Below are positions 37,396-46,871 of a stretch of DNA of 62,664 nt, piece after piece (the first letter of the stretch is position 1; every line of letters begins with the position of its first letter). A program made the position numbers and the translations under genes. The stretch covers positions 1 through 62,664 of the forward strand of contig JAQWFB010000006.1 in NCBI GenBank assembly GCA_028704635.1. The letters are read 5' to 3'. The notes beneath the pieces were generated by a model. That model ran no database searches. It was given only the letters and a program-made list of their open reading frames with translations, and was not told the DNA's origin. The DNA is from Candidatus Shapirobacteria bacterium. Lineage in GTDB: Bacteria > Patescibacteriota > Microgenomatia > UBA12405.

Positions 37396-38829
37396 ATGAC
37401 TAACAATAATAAATTAACTCGTCCACCAATCGTTGCTTTTATGGGTCATATTGATCATGGCAAAACTACTCTTTTAGATAAAATTCGTTCTACTAATATT
37501 TGGAAAAAAGAAGCTGGTGGCATCACTCAACACATTGGTGCCTATCAAGCCAAAGTTACTGAAAAAAACGGTCAAATTAAATTAATCACCTTTATCGATA
37601 CTCCTGGTCATGCCGCTTTTATCAATATGCGTGCCTGTGGTGCCAAGGCCACTGACATGGTCGTGCTAGTTGTCTCTGCTGTTGAGGGTATTATGCCTCA
37701 AACCAAAGAATGTCTTGATCATATCAAAAAATGCGATTTACCTTTCATTGTTGCCATGAATAAAATTGATCTCGAAAATGCCGCTCCCGATAAAGTCAAA
37801 GGTCAATTAGTTGAATTAGGTTTTACTCCCGAAGAGTATGGTGGCCAAACCGCCGTTATTCCAGTCTCTGCTAAAACCGGTGAAGGTATCGACAAATTAT
37901 TAGAAATGATCCTTTTAAATGCTGAAGTTTTAGAGTTAACTGCCGATCCTAAGGGAGATTTTGAAGCAGCTATTATCGAATCGCGTCTTGATAAAAATCG
38001 TGGTCCAGTTGCTTCTTTGATTATTAATAATGGTACTCTCAAAATTGGTGACATTATTTATTCAGAAGACATCCTTTGTAAAGTCAAAGCCTTAATCGAT
38101 TGTAATGGTCAACAATTAAAAGAAGCTGGCCCTAGTACTCCAGTTGAAGTTTTAGGTTTTGAAAAAGTTCCCGCTGTCAGCAGTTTAGTCACTTCAAATA
38201 AAACCGAATCAGTAAATGATAAACAAACAAAAGTTTTATTGGAATCAACCGAAGAAAATCCAAAATTAAAAGTAATTTTAAAGGCCGATGTTAAAGGCAC
38301 TTTAGAGGCTCTTGAAAACAGTTTTAATGAGGATGTTATTGTTATATCTTCTGGAATTGGAGCTGTCACCGATAATGATATTTTCTTAGCCGAGGCTGCC
38401 AAAGCTCAAATTTTTGCTTTCAATGTTTCCACTCCCAAACACATTGCGGAAATTGCAAAAACTTCCAAAGTTAGAATTTTTGAATCTCGAATTATTTACG
38501 AAATTATTGAAGATATTCAAAACCAGGTTCTCCATCTTCTTGAACCAACTATTGATGAGACCGTTTTAGGTGAGGGTTTAATTAAAGCCGAATTTAAAAT
38601 CGACAAAGTTCGTATTTCTGGTGTTCAGTGTACTAAAGGTGAAATTAATAAAGGGGATTTAATTCATCTTAAACGCGACGACAAAATTATTAAAGATACC
38701 AAAGTTGAAGGTATTCACCAAGGTAAAAACATCGTTGAAAAATTAAAAGTAGGTGCTGATTGTGGTATGACTTTTAAACCATATATTGACTTTAAGGTAG
38801 GGGATGTTATAATAGCCTATAAGAATTAA
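37396..38829 (+). CDS. infB: Translation initiation factor IF-2 (short form starting at the G domain)
   Basis: RPPIVAFMGHIDHGKTTLLD, DTPGH and NKID, followed by C-terminal beta-barrel domains. 477 aa. Confidence 0.9.
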   Translation: MTNNNKLTRPPIVAFMGHIDHGKTTLLDKIRSTNIWKKEAGGITQHIGAYQAKVTEKNGQIKLITFIDTPGHAAFINMRACGAKATDMVVLVVSAVEGIMPQTKECLDHIKKCDLPFIVAMNKIDLENAAPDKVKGQLVELGFTPEEYGGQTAVIPVSAKTGEGIDKLLEMILLNAEVLELTADPKGDFEAAIIESRLDKNRGPVASLIINNGTLKIGDIIYSEDILCKVKALIDCNGQQLKEAGPSTPVEVLGFEKVPAVSSLVTSNKTESVNDKQTKVLLESTEENPKLKVILKADVKGTLEALENSFNEDVIVISSGIGAVTDNDIFLAEAAKAQIFAFNVSTPKHIAEIAKTSKVRIFESRIIYEIIEDIQNQVLHLLEPTIDETVLGEGLIKAEFKIDKVRISGVQCTKGEINKGDLIHLKRDDKIIKDTKVEGIHQGKNIVEKLKVGADCGMTFKPYIDFKVGDVIIAYKN

Positions 38830-38847
38830 AAATTAGCAGGTCTTCTT

Positions 38848-39549
38848 ATGAAAAACTATCAAGTTTCCGAAATCAAAAATATTTTAGGAACCGCAAAAAC
38901 GGCTCTCATTACTGTGCCTCAATTAAACATTGACAGTGTTGGTTCAGCACTTGCCTTGGCTTTACTCTTAAAAAAATCTAACATTACTACTAAAGTTTTT
39001 TGTCCTCACAAAACCGATACCAACTACACTAAACTAAATGGCCTTGAAATTTTAACCGATGTTTACAGTCAAAATGACTTAATAGTCACTCTTGATTATC
39101 CTTTAGATCAAATCGAAAAAGTTACCTATAACCAAGACAATGGCAAACTAAATTTAGTTGTTCAAACTAAAGATGGTTCTCCCAAAGTTGCTGAAAATCA
39201 AATTTTAATTAGTAATCAAGCTAGCGCTGCTGATATTAATTTTATGTTGGGTGATGAAACTCTTTTAGGTGTCAACGCCAATATGGTTAACAAAGGCAAT
39301 TGGATTAATATTTCCCCAACCAGTATCGAAAAAACTTGGGCTAAGGTCAATATCCTTGATCAAGATGCTCCTTTCTCTGAAATTTTAACCTTTTTATTAC
39401 CAATGCTTGAATTACAATTAACCCCAGAATCAGCCAAAAATCTTTTAATTGCTCTTAGAATTGCTACCCAATCTTTTTCAGTCAATGTTTCTCCAGAAAC
39501 TTTTGAAGCCGGTGCTAATTGTCTCCGCGCTACTCAAAACGGTCAATAA
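38848..39549 (+). CDS. DHH-family-like protein with degenerate motifs (NrnA-like position after infB)
   Basis: 233 aa. ALITVPQLNIDSVGSALALALLLKK aligns with the NrnA motif I region (HxxPDGDAxGS), but the acidic residues are partly lost. No DHH triad and no DHHA1 domain were seen. Confidence 0.35.
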   Translation: MKNYQVSEIKNILGTAKTALITVPQLNIDSVGSALALALLLKKSNITTKVFCPHKTDTNYTKLNGLEILTDVYSQNDLIVTLDYPLDQIEKVTYNQDNGKLNLVVQTKDGSPKVAENQILISNQASAADINFMLGDETLLGVNANMVNKGNWINISPTSIEKTWAKVNILDQDAPFSEILTFLLPMLELQLTPESAKNLLIALRIATQSFSVNVSPETFEAGANCLRATQNGQ

Positions 39550-39568
39550 TCTTAATTTCAAATAAAAC

Positions 39569-39754
39569 ATGTCATCTCCTGAATTTTTATATCAGATCAA
39601 ATCTGGAAATCCAATATCTTCTAATGAAGATAGTACTTTGTATGAATGCCATATAATTCAAAAAAATCTTGATGGTTCAATTGTAGAGAAGACATGGCAA
39701 GAAGAGGTATCTAAACAGACAAAATTAAATATCCCTTTAAAAAAATCCCAATAA
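39569..39754 (+). CDS. Hypothetical small protein (61 aa)
   Basis: ORF only, with no recognisable motif. Confidence 0.3.
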   Translation: MSSPEFLYQIKSGNPISSNEDSTLYECHIIQKNLDGSIVEKTWQEEVSKQTKLNIPLKKSQ

Positions 39755-39804
39755 AAAAGCTCCGAAAGTTATGTTGGTGTTTAACCACATAAAATTCAGA
39801 GCTT
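39752..39804 (-). terminator. Intrinsic terminator of the minus-strand 142-aa gene
   Basis: Long imperfect hairpin (AGCTC..TTATGTTGGT / ACCACATAA..GAGCT). Read on the minus strand, it is followed by TTTTTT. Confidence 0.5.
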
Positions 39805-39822
39805 ACGAGGCACGCAAAAATT

Positions 39823-40251
39823 TTAAAAAAGGAAATTGTTTTGCAGCCAATCAGCAATATTTTTTTGTTGGTCTATAGAACCACCGTTTTGAAAATTTTC
39901 TTTTATTTCCATTAATACAATTCTTCTTTTTTTACATTCTTCATTGACAAATTTGTCAATTCCTGTTTTGAAAGTTGATAAAAACATTCCACTTCCATTA
40001 AACGGATCATATTGCCGCATTTCATTCATTAAGATTACTCCCTTAATTGGATACTTTTTAAAAATTTCATCCAATAAACCGGCATTACGACACTTAATAA
40101 CCTCAATCTTAAGGTTATTTTTTTCAATAAATTCTTTAATCAAATTGACTACATCATTAGCACAAGATAGATTAGACCCTAATACAAAAATAACCTTATT
40201 TTTATCTCTCTTTTGAAAATACTTTCTGATTTTTCCAAACAAATTCCACAT
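39823..40251 (-). CDS. Hypothetical alpha/beta (Rossmann-like) protein, 142 aa
   Basis: Alternating beta/alpha pattern (VIFVLGS, IEVIKC, GVILMNE, IVLMEI). No catalytic motif recognised. Confidence 0.45.
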   Translation of the reverse strand: MWNLFGKIRKYFQKRDKNKVIFVLGSNLSCANDVVNLIKEFIEKNNLKIEVIKCRNAGLLDEIFKKYPIKGVILMNEMRQYDPFNGSGMFLSTFKTGIDKFVNEECKKRRIVLMEIKENFQNGGSIDQQKNIADWLQNNFLF

Positions 40252-40389
40252 TTTTACACTATCCTTTCCTTTTTTTTTGCGAGTTGTTAAAGTATATTAC
40301 GTGTAATTTTTTACCGTAAACATAGAGATTATAACAGGGTTTTACCGTTAAGTCAATATTATAGGTTTAAAAAACTATTTTTTAATAGT

Positions 40390-40415
40390 CTGTAAAAAAT
40401 ACACTGTTTTTACAG
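40390..40415. promoter_or_regulatory. Operator-like inverted repeat CTGTAAAAA-N8-TTTTTACAG in a divergent intergenic region
   Basis: 9-bp perfect arms about 30 nt upstream of the 290-aa ORF start, next to a second small inverted repeat (ACTATT-TTTT-AATAGT). Confidence 0.35.
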
Positions 40416-40445
40416 TTTTATTTTAATGCTACACTAGTTTTAACT

Positions 40446-41318
40446 ATGCCTGAACAAAAAAATAACCCACCACCACAAGAATTAGCCATTCCTGAACCAG
40501 GAAGTGTTGAATATGATTTGTCTCCAGTTAAACTTCCTGTCGGAGAAAAAGTTAGTGAATTTCCATTGGTTTACAAACCAGTAACTGAAGAAAAAATTGA
40601 AGAATTTTTTACACCAGAAATGATTTCTAGACTTGTTTATTGTTCCAACATAAATGTTGATTTATTGGATGATTGGGGTGCGCGCGGATATGAACCGGGT
40701 TTCATTTTTGTTAAAAAGAGCAATTACAAAGGAATTAAATCGCTCAACGATGAAGACATGATGGAAGGTCATGTTTTCGATACATTTACCACTGAAAGTG
40801 GTATAGATATTATGAAATTGAAAAATGATCATTTTGATTTTTTCCCAAGAAACAAGTTTAGTTTTGAAAAAATTTCTGCTACTGAAAATCCCGAAATGTT
40901 TGCTTATTTAAGAAAAAAATTAAACAATGTCGATATTAACAATATTTCTGATCTTTCGGACGAAGATTTAGAATTTGCCTATAGGGAATCTATTGTTGAC
41001 CAAGGGTGGGTAGAATATCTATACAATGAAAAAGACCGACTATTGAATGATCAGAGACGAGAGATGACGATCAAGCAATTAAAAGAATCACCAAAGGCAA
41101 CATTGAAAAATCTTCAAATAATCGAGGAAATGCAAAACAGAGGGATGAAAAATTTTGAAATAAATGAAAGTTTTATTAATAGGGATATTGAAATGGCGAA
41201 ATTTACTGGTAATCCGCAATTAGCAGAACAGATAACTAATGTCTTAACTAAAACTAAATCTCTTGTTTCTGCTACAGATAATAATCAAAAATCAATAGAT
41301 AGTGATTCCGGTAAATAA
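40446..41318 (+). CDS. Hypothetical protein (290 aa)
   Basis: Long ORF with ordinary composition. No recognisable motif, signal peptide or TM. Confidence 0.5.
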   Translation: MPEQKNNPPPQELAIPEPGSVEYDLSPVKLPVGEKVSEFPLVYKPVTEEKIEEFFTPEMISRLVYCSNINVDLLDDWGARGYEPGFIFVKKSNYKGIKSLNDEDMMEGHVFDTFTTESGIDIMKLKNDHFDFFPRNKFSFEKISATENPEMFAYLRKKLNNVDINNISDLSDEDLEFAYRESIVDQGWVEYLYNEKDRLLNDQRREMTIKQLKESPKATLKNLQIIEEMQNRGMKNFEINESFINRDIEMAKFTGNPQLAEQITNVLTKTKSLVSATDNNQKSIDSDSGK

Positions 41319-41325
41319 TTTTCTG

Positions 41326-41334
41326 TGTTATAAT
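41326..41334 (+). promoter_or_regulatory. Extended -10 element TGTTATAAT upstream of rpsO
   Basis: Exact TGnTATAAT about 76 nt upstream of the rpsO ATG. The leader contains nested stems (CGGT..ACCG, TTTTGG..CCAAAA). Confidence 0.45.
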
Positions 41335-41410
41335 CTCATCTGACTATATTCGGTCTTTTGGTAGCCATTCCAAAACATTATAAATTAACCGATAATAGCC
41401 GCAAAACACT

Positions 41411-41680
41411 ATGGCATTAACCACAGAAGAAAAAAAAGAAATTATTACTAAGTACGCTCAAGATAAAGATGACACTGGTTCTCCAGAAGTCCAAATCGCT
41501 ATTTTAAGCAAAGAAATCGAAAAACTCCAAGGTCATTTAACCGAAAATAAACACGATTCTCCAGCCAAGCGCGGAATTTTAAGCAAAATCTCTAAAAGAC
41601 GTCGTCTACTTCGCTATATCTCAGCCCACAGCCCTGAAAGATATGCTGCCATAATCAAGTCTCTCGGTCTTAAGAAATAA
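41411..41680 (+). CDS. rpsO: 30S ribosomal protein S15
   Basis: 89 aa. DTGSPEVQIAILSKEIEKLQGHL..HDSPAKRGILSKISKRRRLLRY matches S15. Confidence 0.95.
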   Translation: MALTTEEKKEIITKYAQDKDDTGSPEVQIAILSKEIEKLQGHLTENKHDSPAKRGILSKISKRRRLLRYISAHSPERYAAIIKSLGLKK

Positions 41681-41705
41681 TTTTAAATTTAGTTATAATC
41701 AATTT

Positions 41706-43904
41706 ATGGAAATTAATACAAAAGAAATTTTAGTAGGCGATAAAAAAATTACCCTTTCAACTGGTAAACTCGCTCCTCAAACCAATGCCTCTGTCGTGGC
41801 TCAATACGGCAACACCACTGTTTTAGCCACTGTTTTAATGGGCAAGACCGATGATTCCAAGGATTATTTTCCTTTATCCATCGAATTTGTCGACAAACTT
41901 TATGCCGGCGGCATCATCAAAGGTGGTAAATGGATGAAACGCGATGGCGGTCAATCAGACACAGCCGTTCTTTTCGGCCGAATCATCGATCGATCTCTTC
42001 GCCCACTTTTCCCCACAGATTTTTTAAATGAAGTTCAAATAATTACCACTGTTTTAAGCAACGACAAAAATCATGACGTTGTTGTCCCTGCTTTTACTGC
42101 CGCTGCTGCTGCTTTAGCTATCTCTGATATCCCTTTTAATGGTCCAGTCTCAATTGTTCGTGTTGGTTTAGTTGATGAAAAATTAGTTTTAGATCCTTCC
42201 ACCCAAGATTTTAAAAAATCCAATTTAGACCTTTTAGTTTGTACCGGTCCTGCCGGCGTCAATATGATTGAATGTGGTGCCAATATCATCCCTAACGACA
42301 TTGCTCTAAAAGCCATTGAATTGGCAAAAACTACTGGTGACGAAATCAATAAAGAAATTGCTGCTTGGGCAAAAGTTTGTGGTAAGGAAAAAATTAAATA
42401 TGAATCAGCCGGTCCATCTGCCGAATTAATTAAGGAAATCGATTCCAAAATTAAAGCTGATGTTGAAGCTTTCTTAGAAGCTGGTGTTGATGGTGCTCAC
42501 ATGATTGGTCAGGAAAAAATTGTCGAACAAGTTCTTGAAGATTATAAAGCGAAAATTGAATCCGAAGAAGTTTCTAAAAATCATTTAATTGCTGCCGTTG
42601 ATTTTGTAATTAGAAAATATCTTCGAGAAAGAACTCTTAAAAACATTCGCTACGATCACCGAAAAATGGACGAAATTCGTCCTTTAACCATTGAAGCTGG
42701 TGCTTTGCCATGCGTTCACGGTTCTGCTTTTTTCCAAAGAGGTTTAACTCAAGCAATTACTGTCGCCACTCTTGCCCCTTTAGCAGATAAACAATATCTC
42801 GAAGATTCCAGCGGAGAAACTACCAAAAGATACATTCATTATTATTCTGCTCAACCTTTTACCACTGGTCAACTCGGCCGAGTCGGTCGCCCAGGTCGTC
42901 GCGAAATTGGTCACGGTGCTTTAGCTGAAAAAGCATTAATTCCGGTCATTCCATCAGAAGAGGAATTTCCATATACTCTTGTTTTGACTTCAGAAATTAT
43001 GTCCCAAAACGGTTCATCGTCCATGGCTTCCACTTGTGGATCCACTATGTCCTTAATGGATGCTGGTGTCCCAATCAAAGACAAAGTCGCTGGAATTTCT
43101 ATTGGTTTAGTTGCTGAAACTGACGATAATTATGTTCTTATAACAGACATCGCTGGTGTTGAAGATCACAATGGTGACATGGATTTTAAAATCACTGGTA
43201 CCAGGACTGGTATTACTGCCATTCAATTAGATATCAAAAGAGCCGGTCTTACTTTAAAAATGATCACCGAAACTTTTGCCGCCAGTACTAAAGCCAGGCT
43301 CCAAATTTTAGATAAAATGGAATCAGTTTTAGCTGCTCCTCGTGCTCAACTTTCTGAATTTGCTCCTAAAATTACCATGGTAACTCTTCCCGAAGATAAA
43401 ATCGGCGAAGTCATCGGTAGTGGTGGTAAAACCATCAAAGCCTTAATGGAAAAATATCAGGTTCAGATTGATATTGATGATTTCGGCAAAGCTTCAATTT
43501 CTGCCCAAAATCAGGAAAATATCGACAAGGCTGCTTATGAAATTGAATCCATGATTAAAGAAGTTCAAGTCGGTGAAGATTATGAAGGTATAGTTACTCG
43601 AGTTGAAAATTTTGGTGCTTTCATCGAATTTTTACCAGGTCGCGAAGCATTGCTTCACGTTTCTGAAATGACCGGTGGGTTCTTATCAGATCCATCTTCA
43701 ATCATTAAAGTTGGCGACCATATCAATGTCAAAATTGCTGGATTCAACGATAATCATCAAATTAAATTATCATCTCCTGAATTCAAAGCTGCTCATCCAG
43801 GTGAAGCTCGACCAGAAGGTCAGATGGACAATCGAACCGGTGGTTTCCGAAATTTCACTCCACCTCGTGGTGACAACCGTCGCGAATTTCGCCCTCGCCG
43901 ATAA
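41706..43904 (+). CDS. pnp: Polyribonucleotide nucleotidyltransferase (PNPase)
   Basis: 732 aa with two RNase PH domains (RPLFP, GRxGRREIGHGALAEKAL, SSMASTCGSTMSLMDAGVP), then KH (IGEVIGSGGKTIK) and S1 (GIVTRVENFGAFIEF) domains. Confidence 0.95.
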   Translation: MEINTKEILVGDKKITLSTGKLAPQTNASVVAQYGNTTVLATVLMGKTDDSKDYFPLSIEFVDKLYAGGIIKGGKWMKRDGGQSDTAVLFGRIIDRSLRPLFPTDFLNEVQIITTVLSNDKNHDVVVPAFTAAAAALAISDIPFNGPVSIVRVGLVDEKLVLDPSTQDFKKSNLDLLVCTGPAGVNMIECGANIIPNDIALKAIELAKTTGDEINKEIAAWAKVCGKEKIKYESAGPSAELIKEIDSKIKADVEAFLEAGVDGAHMIGQEKIVEQVLEDYKAKIESEEVSKNHLIAAVDFVIRKYLRERTLKNIRYDHRKMDEIRPLTIEAGALPCVHGSAFFQRGLTQAITVATLAPLADKQYLEDSSGETTKRYIHYYSAQPFTTGQLGRVGRPGRREIGHGALAEKALIPVIPSEEEFPYTLVLTSEIMSQNGSSSMASTCGSTMSLMDAGVPIKDKVAGISIGLVAETDDNYVLITDIAGVEDHNGDMDFKITGTRTGITAIQLDIKRAGLTLKMITETFAASTKARLQILDKMESVLAAPRAQLSEFAPKITMVTLPEDKIGEVIGSGGKTIKALMEKYQVQIDIDDFGKASISAQNQENIDKAAYEIESMIKEVQVGEDYEGIVTRVENFGAFIEFLPGREALLHVSEMTGGFLSDPSSIIKVGDHINVKIAGFNDNHQIKLSSPEFKAAHPGEARPEGQMDNRTGGFRNFTPPRGDNRREFRPRR

Positions 43905-43942
43905 TTCAAGCAACTGGTTCTAAATTCTTGTATAATTTTTTA

Positions 43943-45004
43943 ATGACTGATAATTTATTGACGACTAAAGAGGCAATTAAACGGCTGACCGATAAAGTTG
44001 CGTCTGTTAAAATCCCAGAAAACTTAAATTCTAAATTACAAGAACTTTTTGATCAATTAGAAATTAATTCTCAAAATGAAGAATCGTTTTGGCCGGTTTA
44101 TCAAAATACTTCTAAATACATTGATTGGATTATTGCTGTTCCTTGGTTCAATCAAACGAAAGACATCTTGGATTTAAATTATGCCAAGGAAAAATTAAAT
44201 GAAGAACATTTTGGGCTAGAAACTATTAAAGAAAGAATTTTAGAATATATTTCCGTTATGGCTCTTCAAAAAAGTCGTAATCCAAACGAAACCGTTCATG
44301 CCCCAGTTCTTTTATTTGTTGGTTTAGTTGGTACTGGTAAAACCACCATGGCCAAATCAATCGCCAAAGTTTTAGGCAGAGAACTTATCAGAATTCCTTT
44401 TGGCGGCTTAGGTGACGCCAATTATCTTCGCGGCCACTCTCGTATCAATCCAGATAACGAACCAGGCCAAATTATTAAAGGTTTAGTCAATTGTAAAAGT
44501 AATAACCCAGTTATTTTACTAGATGAAATTGATCGTGTTGCCGACGATGCCCTAAACACAATTATGGGAGTTTTAGTCGAAATTCTCGATCCAGAACAAA
44601 ACAGTCGTTTTGTTGATCATTATTTAGATTATCCAGTCGATCTTTCACAAGCAATTTTTTGTGCCACTTGCAACAACACTTCTCGAATTGCCACAGCTGT
44701 TTTAGATCGTTTGGAAGTTATTCAAATGCCTTCTTATACCGACGATGAAAAGATAACTATCGCCAAAGATTATCTTCTACCTAGAGCTCTTAAAGCCAAT
44801 GGTTTAACCCCAGAAGATTTAAAAGTTTCTGCCGATATTTGGCCTCAAATTGTCAGACCACTTGGATTTGATGCTGGCGTTCGTACTCTTCAGCGCAACA
44901 TTGAAGGTATGTGTCGTAAAGTAGCCAAAATTATTTTAGAGGGCAAAACTAGACAAGTTGCCGTCGATGAATCCAACATCAAAACCTTTTTACCGCAATG
45001 GTAA
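43943..45004 (+). CDS. Lon-like AAA+ ATPase lacking the protease domain
   Basis: HFGLETIKERILEYISV, Walker A GLVGTGKTT, Walker B VILLDEIDRV and GVRTLQRNIEGMCRKVA align with the Lon helical plus AAA+ module. The ORF stops where the S16 protease domain would begin. ATG at 43943 is preferred over TTG at 43928. Confidence 0.7.
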   Translation: MTDNLLTTKEAIKRLTDKVASVKIPENLNSKLQELFDQLEINSQNEESFWPVYQNTSKYIDWIIAVPWFNQTKDILDLNYAKEKLNEEHFGLETIKERILEYISVMALQKSRNPNETVHAPVLLFVGLVGTGKTTMAKSIAKVLGRELIRIPFGGLGDANYLRGHSRINPDNEPGQIIKGLVNCKSNNPVILLDEIDRVADDALNTIMGVLVEILDPEQNSRFVDHYLDYPVDLSQAIFCATCNNTSRIATAVLDRLEVIQMPSYTDDEKITIAKDYLLPRALKANGLTPEDLKVSADIWPQIVRPLGFDAGVRTLQRNIEGMCRKVAKIILEGKTRQVAVDESNIKTFLPQW

Positions 45005-45060
45005 ACAAAATAACACTTAAGCGATTTTTTAGATAAAATTAATTAAGAAACATTATTATT

Positions 45061-45100
45061 TCTGAACATATTTGTGGTTCGTTGTTCAGATTATTATTTA
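45061..45100 (+). terminator. Intrinsic terminator after the Lon-like gene
   Basis: TCTGAACA ... TGTTCAGA 8-bp stem followed by TTATTATTTA. Confidence 0.5.
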
Positions 45101-45124
45101 TATTTATAATCACAAAAATTTTTT

Positions 45125-46867
45125 ATGTTAAAACAAAAAACAAATATTACAAATGCACCAAATCAAGTTAGAGAATATCGCTCTGGCACCGATTCGGTCC
45201 GAATCAGCTCGCTTGGCGGTTTCGGTGATGTCACTCAAAATATGTTCGTTTACGAATTTATTCCCAGTGGCGATGCTTCAAAAAGCCAAATTATTATTGT
45301 TGATTGTGGTGTCGGTTTTCCTGAAGAGGATGCCTTTGGTGTCGATCTTCAAATTCCCGATACTCATTATCTTCAAGACAAAAAAGATCGAATTTTAGGT
45401 ATTTTTATTACTCATGGTCACGAAGATCACATTGGTGCTATCCGTTTTATTCTGCCAATTTTAGGTCAGAACATTCCAGTTTATGCTCCCAAATTAGCCG
45501 CTGCTTTCATTGAAGCCAGGCTTGGTGAAGTTCAAATTCGTGCCAATTTACAGACTTATGATGAGTCGACTTTACCAATTGTCAAAGGTGTTTTTACCAT
45601 CGATCCAGTTAAAGTCACTCATTCAATTCCTGATACTTATCATTTTGCTATTACCACTCCCATGGGTATTTTTTACCATGGCTCTGACTTCAAACTTGAT
45701 CTTTTTCCTCTTGATGGCAAAGGTGCCGACTATCAACACATTGCTCGCATTGGTGAAGGTAAAGTTATTGCCTTAATGTCGGATAGTTTAGGTTCTGATC
45801 ATGAAGGTTGGTCACCATCAGAAGGTTCCATCGCTGAAAATTTTAAAAGAGAAATCGTCTCTGCTAAAGGTCGTGTTTTTGTCACTTCAATTTCCAGTAA
45901 CATTGTCCGCTGGGCTCAAGCCATCGAATATGGTAAAAGTGTTGGTCGAAAAATAGTTATCGTCGGTTTTTCTGTTGATCGTGCTATTAGTATTGCTAAA
46001 GATTTAGGTTATGTAACTCTTACTGAGACAGATATTGTTCCTCTTGAAAGAGTTAAAAATTTTGCTGAAAATAAACTTTTATTTTTAGTGGCCGGTTTTG
46101 CTGGTCAACCAGACTCAGCTTTAAGTAAGATGATTATGGGTAAACACAGGGTAAAAGTGAAATCTGGTGACAAAGTTATTTTTTCATCTCCAGATTATAT
46201 TCCTGGTACTACTTCTAATATTTATAATATGATTGACCTTCTTTCTAAAATGGGAGCCGAAGTTGTTTATGGCGAAAAGGAAGAGTTACATGTTTCTGGT
46301 CACGGTTACCAAAAAGAACATGCTCTTCTAATCAATTTGTTAAAACCAAAGTATTTATTACCAATTGGTGGTAATTATCGTCATCTCAAATGCTATCAAC
46401 AAATGGCCAAGAAATTAGGCTACAACGAAGACCAGGTTATTTTGCCTGATTTTGATGCTTCGGCTACTTTTCATAGTAATGGTACAGTTGACACTAATTA
46501 TCACATCTCTATCAGAAAAATTTTAATCGACGGATTTGGAGTAGGAGATGTTGGTACTACTGTTTTGCGTGATCGTAAATTATTGGCTGAAGATGGCATG
46601 TTCTCCGTTGTTCTTTTAATGGACAAAGAATCTGGTCAATTAAGTAAACCGCCCGTAATTCTCAGTCGTGGTTTCGTTTTTATGAAAGAAAACACCGAAC
46701 TTATGGACTTTTTAAAATTAGAGGTTAGTAATAAATTTAAACAATCCACTAGCACTCCAGCCAATATGGATTTCATTCGTGAAGAGGTCCAGGCTTATCT
46801 CGAAGAAATTATCTACAAAAAAACCGGCCGCCAACCAATGGTTCTGCCGTTGGTGATTGAAGTTTAA
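45125..46867 (+). CDS. rnj: Ribonuclease J
   Basis: 580 aa with the metallo-beta-lactamase motif ITHGHEDHIGA, a beta-CASP region, HVSGHG, and a C-terminal domain. Confidence 0.9.
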   Translation: MLKQKTNITNAPNQVREYRSGTDSVRISSLGGFGDVTQNMFVYEFIPSGDASKSQIIIVDCGVGFPEEDAFGVDLQIPDTHYLQDKKDRILGIFITHGHEDHIGAIRFILPILGQNIPVYAPKLAAAFIEARLGEVQIRANLQTYDESTLPIVKGVFTIDPVKVTHSIPDTYHFAITTPMGIFYHGSDFKLDLFPLDGKGADYQHIARIGEGKVIALMSDSLGSDHEGWSPSEGSIAENFKREIVSAKGRVFVTSISSNIVRWAQAIEYGKSVGRKIVIVGFSVDRAISIAKDLGYVTLTETDIVPLERVKNFAENKLLFLVAGFAGQPDSALSKMIMGKHRVKVKSGDKVIFSSPDYIPGTTSNIYNMIDLLSKMGAEVVYGEKEELHVSGHGYQKEHALLINLLKPKYLLPIGGNYRHLKCYQQMAKKLGYNEDQVILPDFDASATFHSNGTVDTNYHISIRKILIDGFGVGDVGTTVLRDRKLLAEDGMFSVVLLMDKESGQLSKPPVILSRGFVFMKENTELMDFLKLEVSNKFKQSTSTPANMDFIREEVQAYLEEIIYKKTGRQPMVLPLVIEV

Positions 46868-46871
46868 AGAA

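Noticed and set aside
43928-43942. TTG start at 43928 for the Lon-like gene, as listed in the ORF track
   Set aside because: The TTG lies inside a TATAAT hexamer (43931-43936). The ATG at 43943 sits 6 nt downstream of it, matching the leaderless pattern seen at a dozen other genes. The extra five residues (MYNFL) have no homology support.
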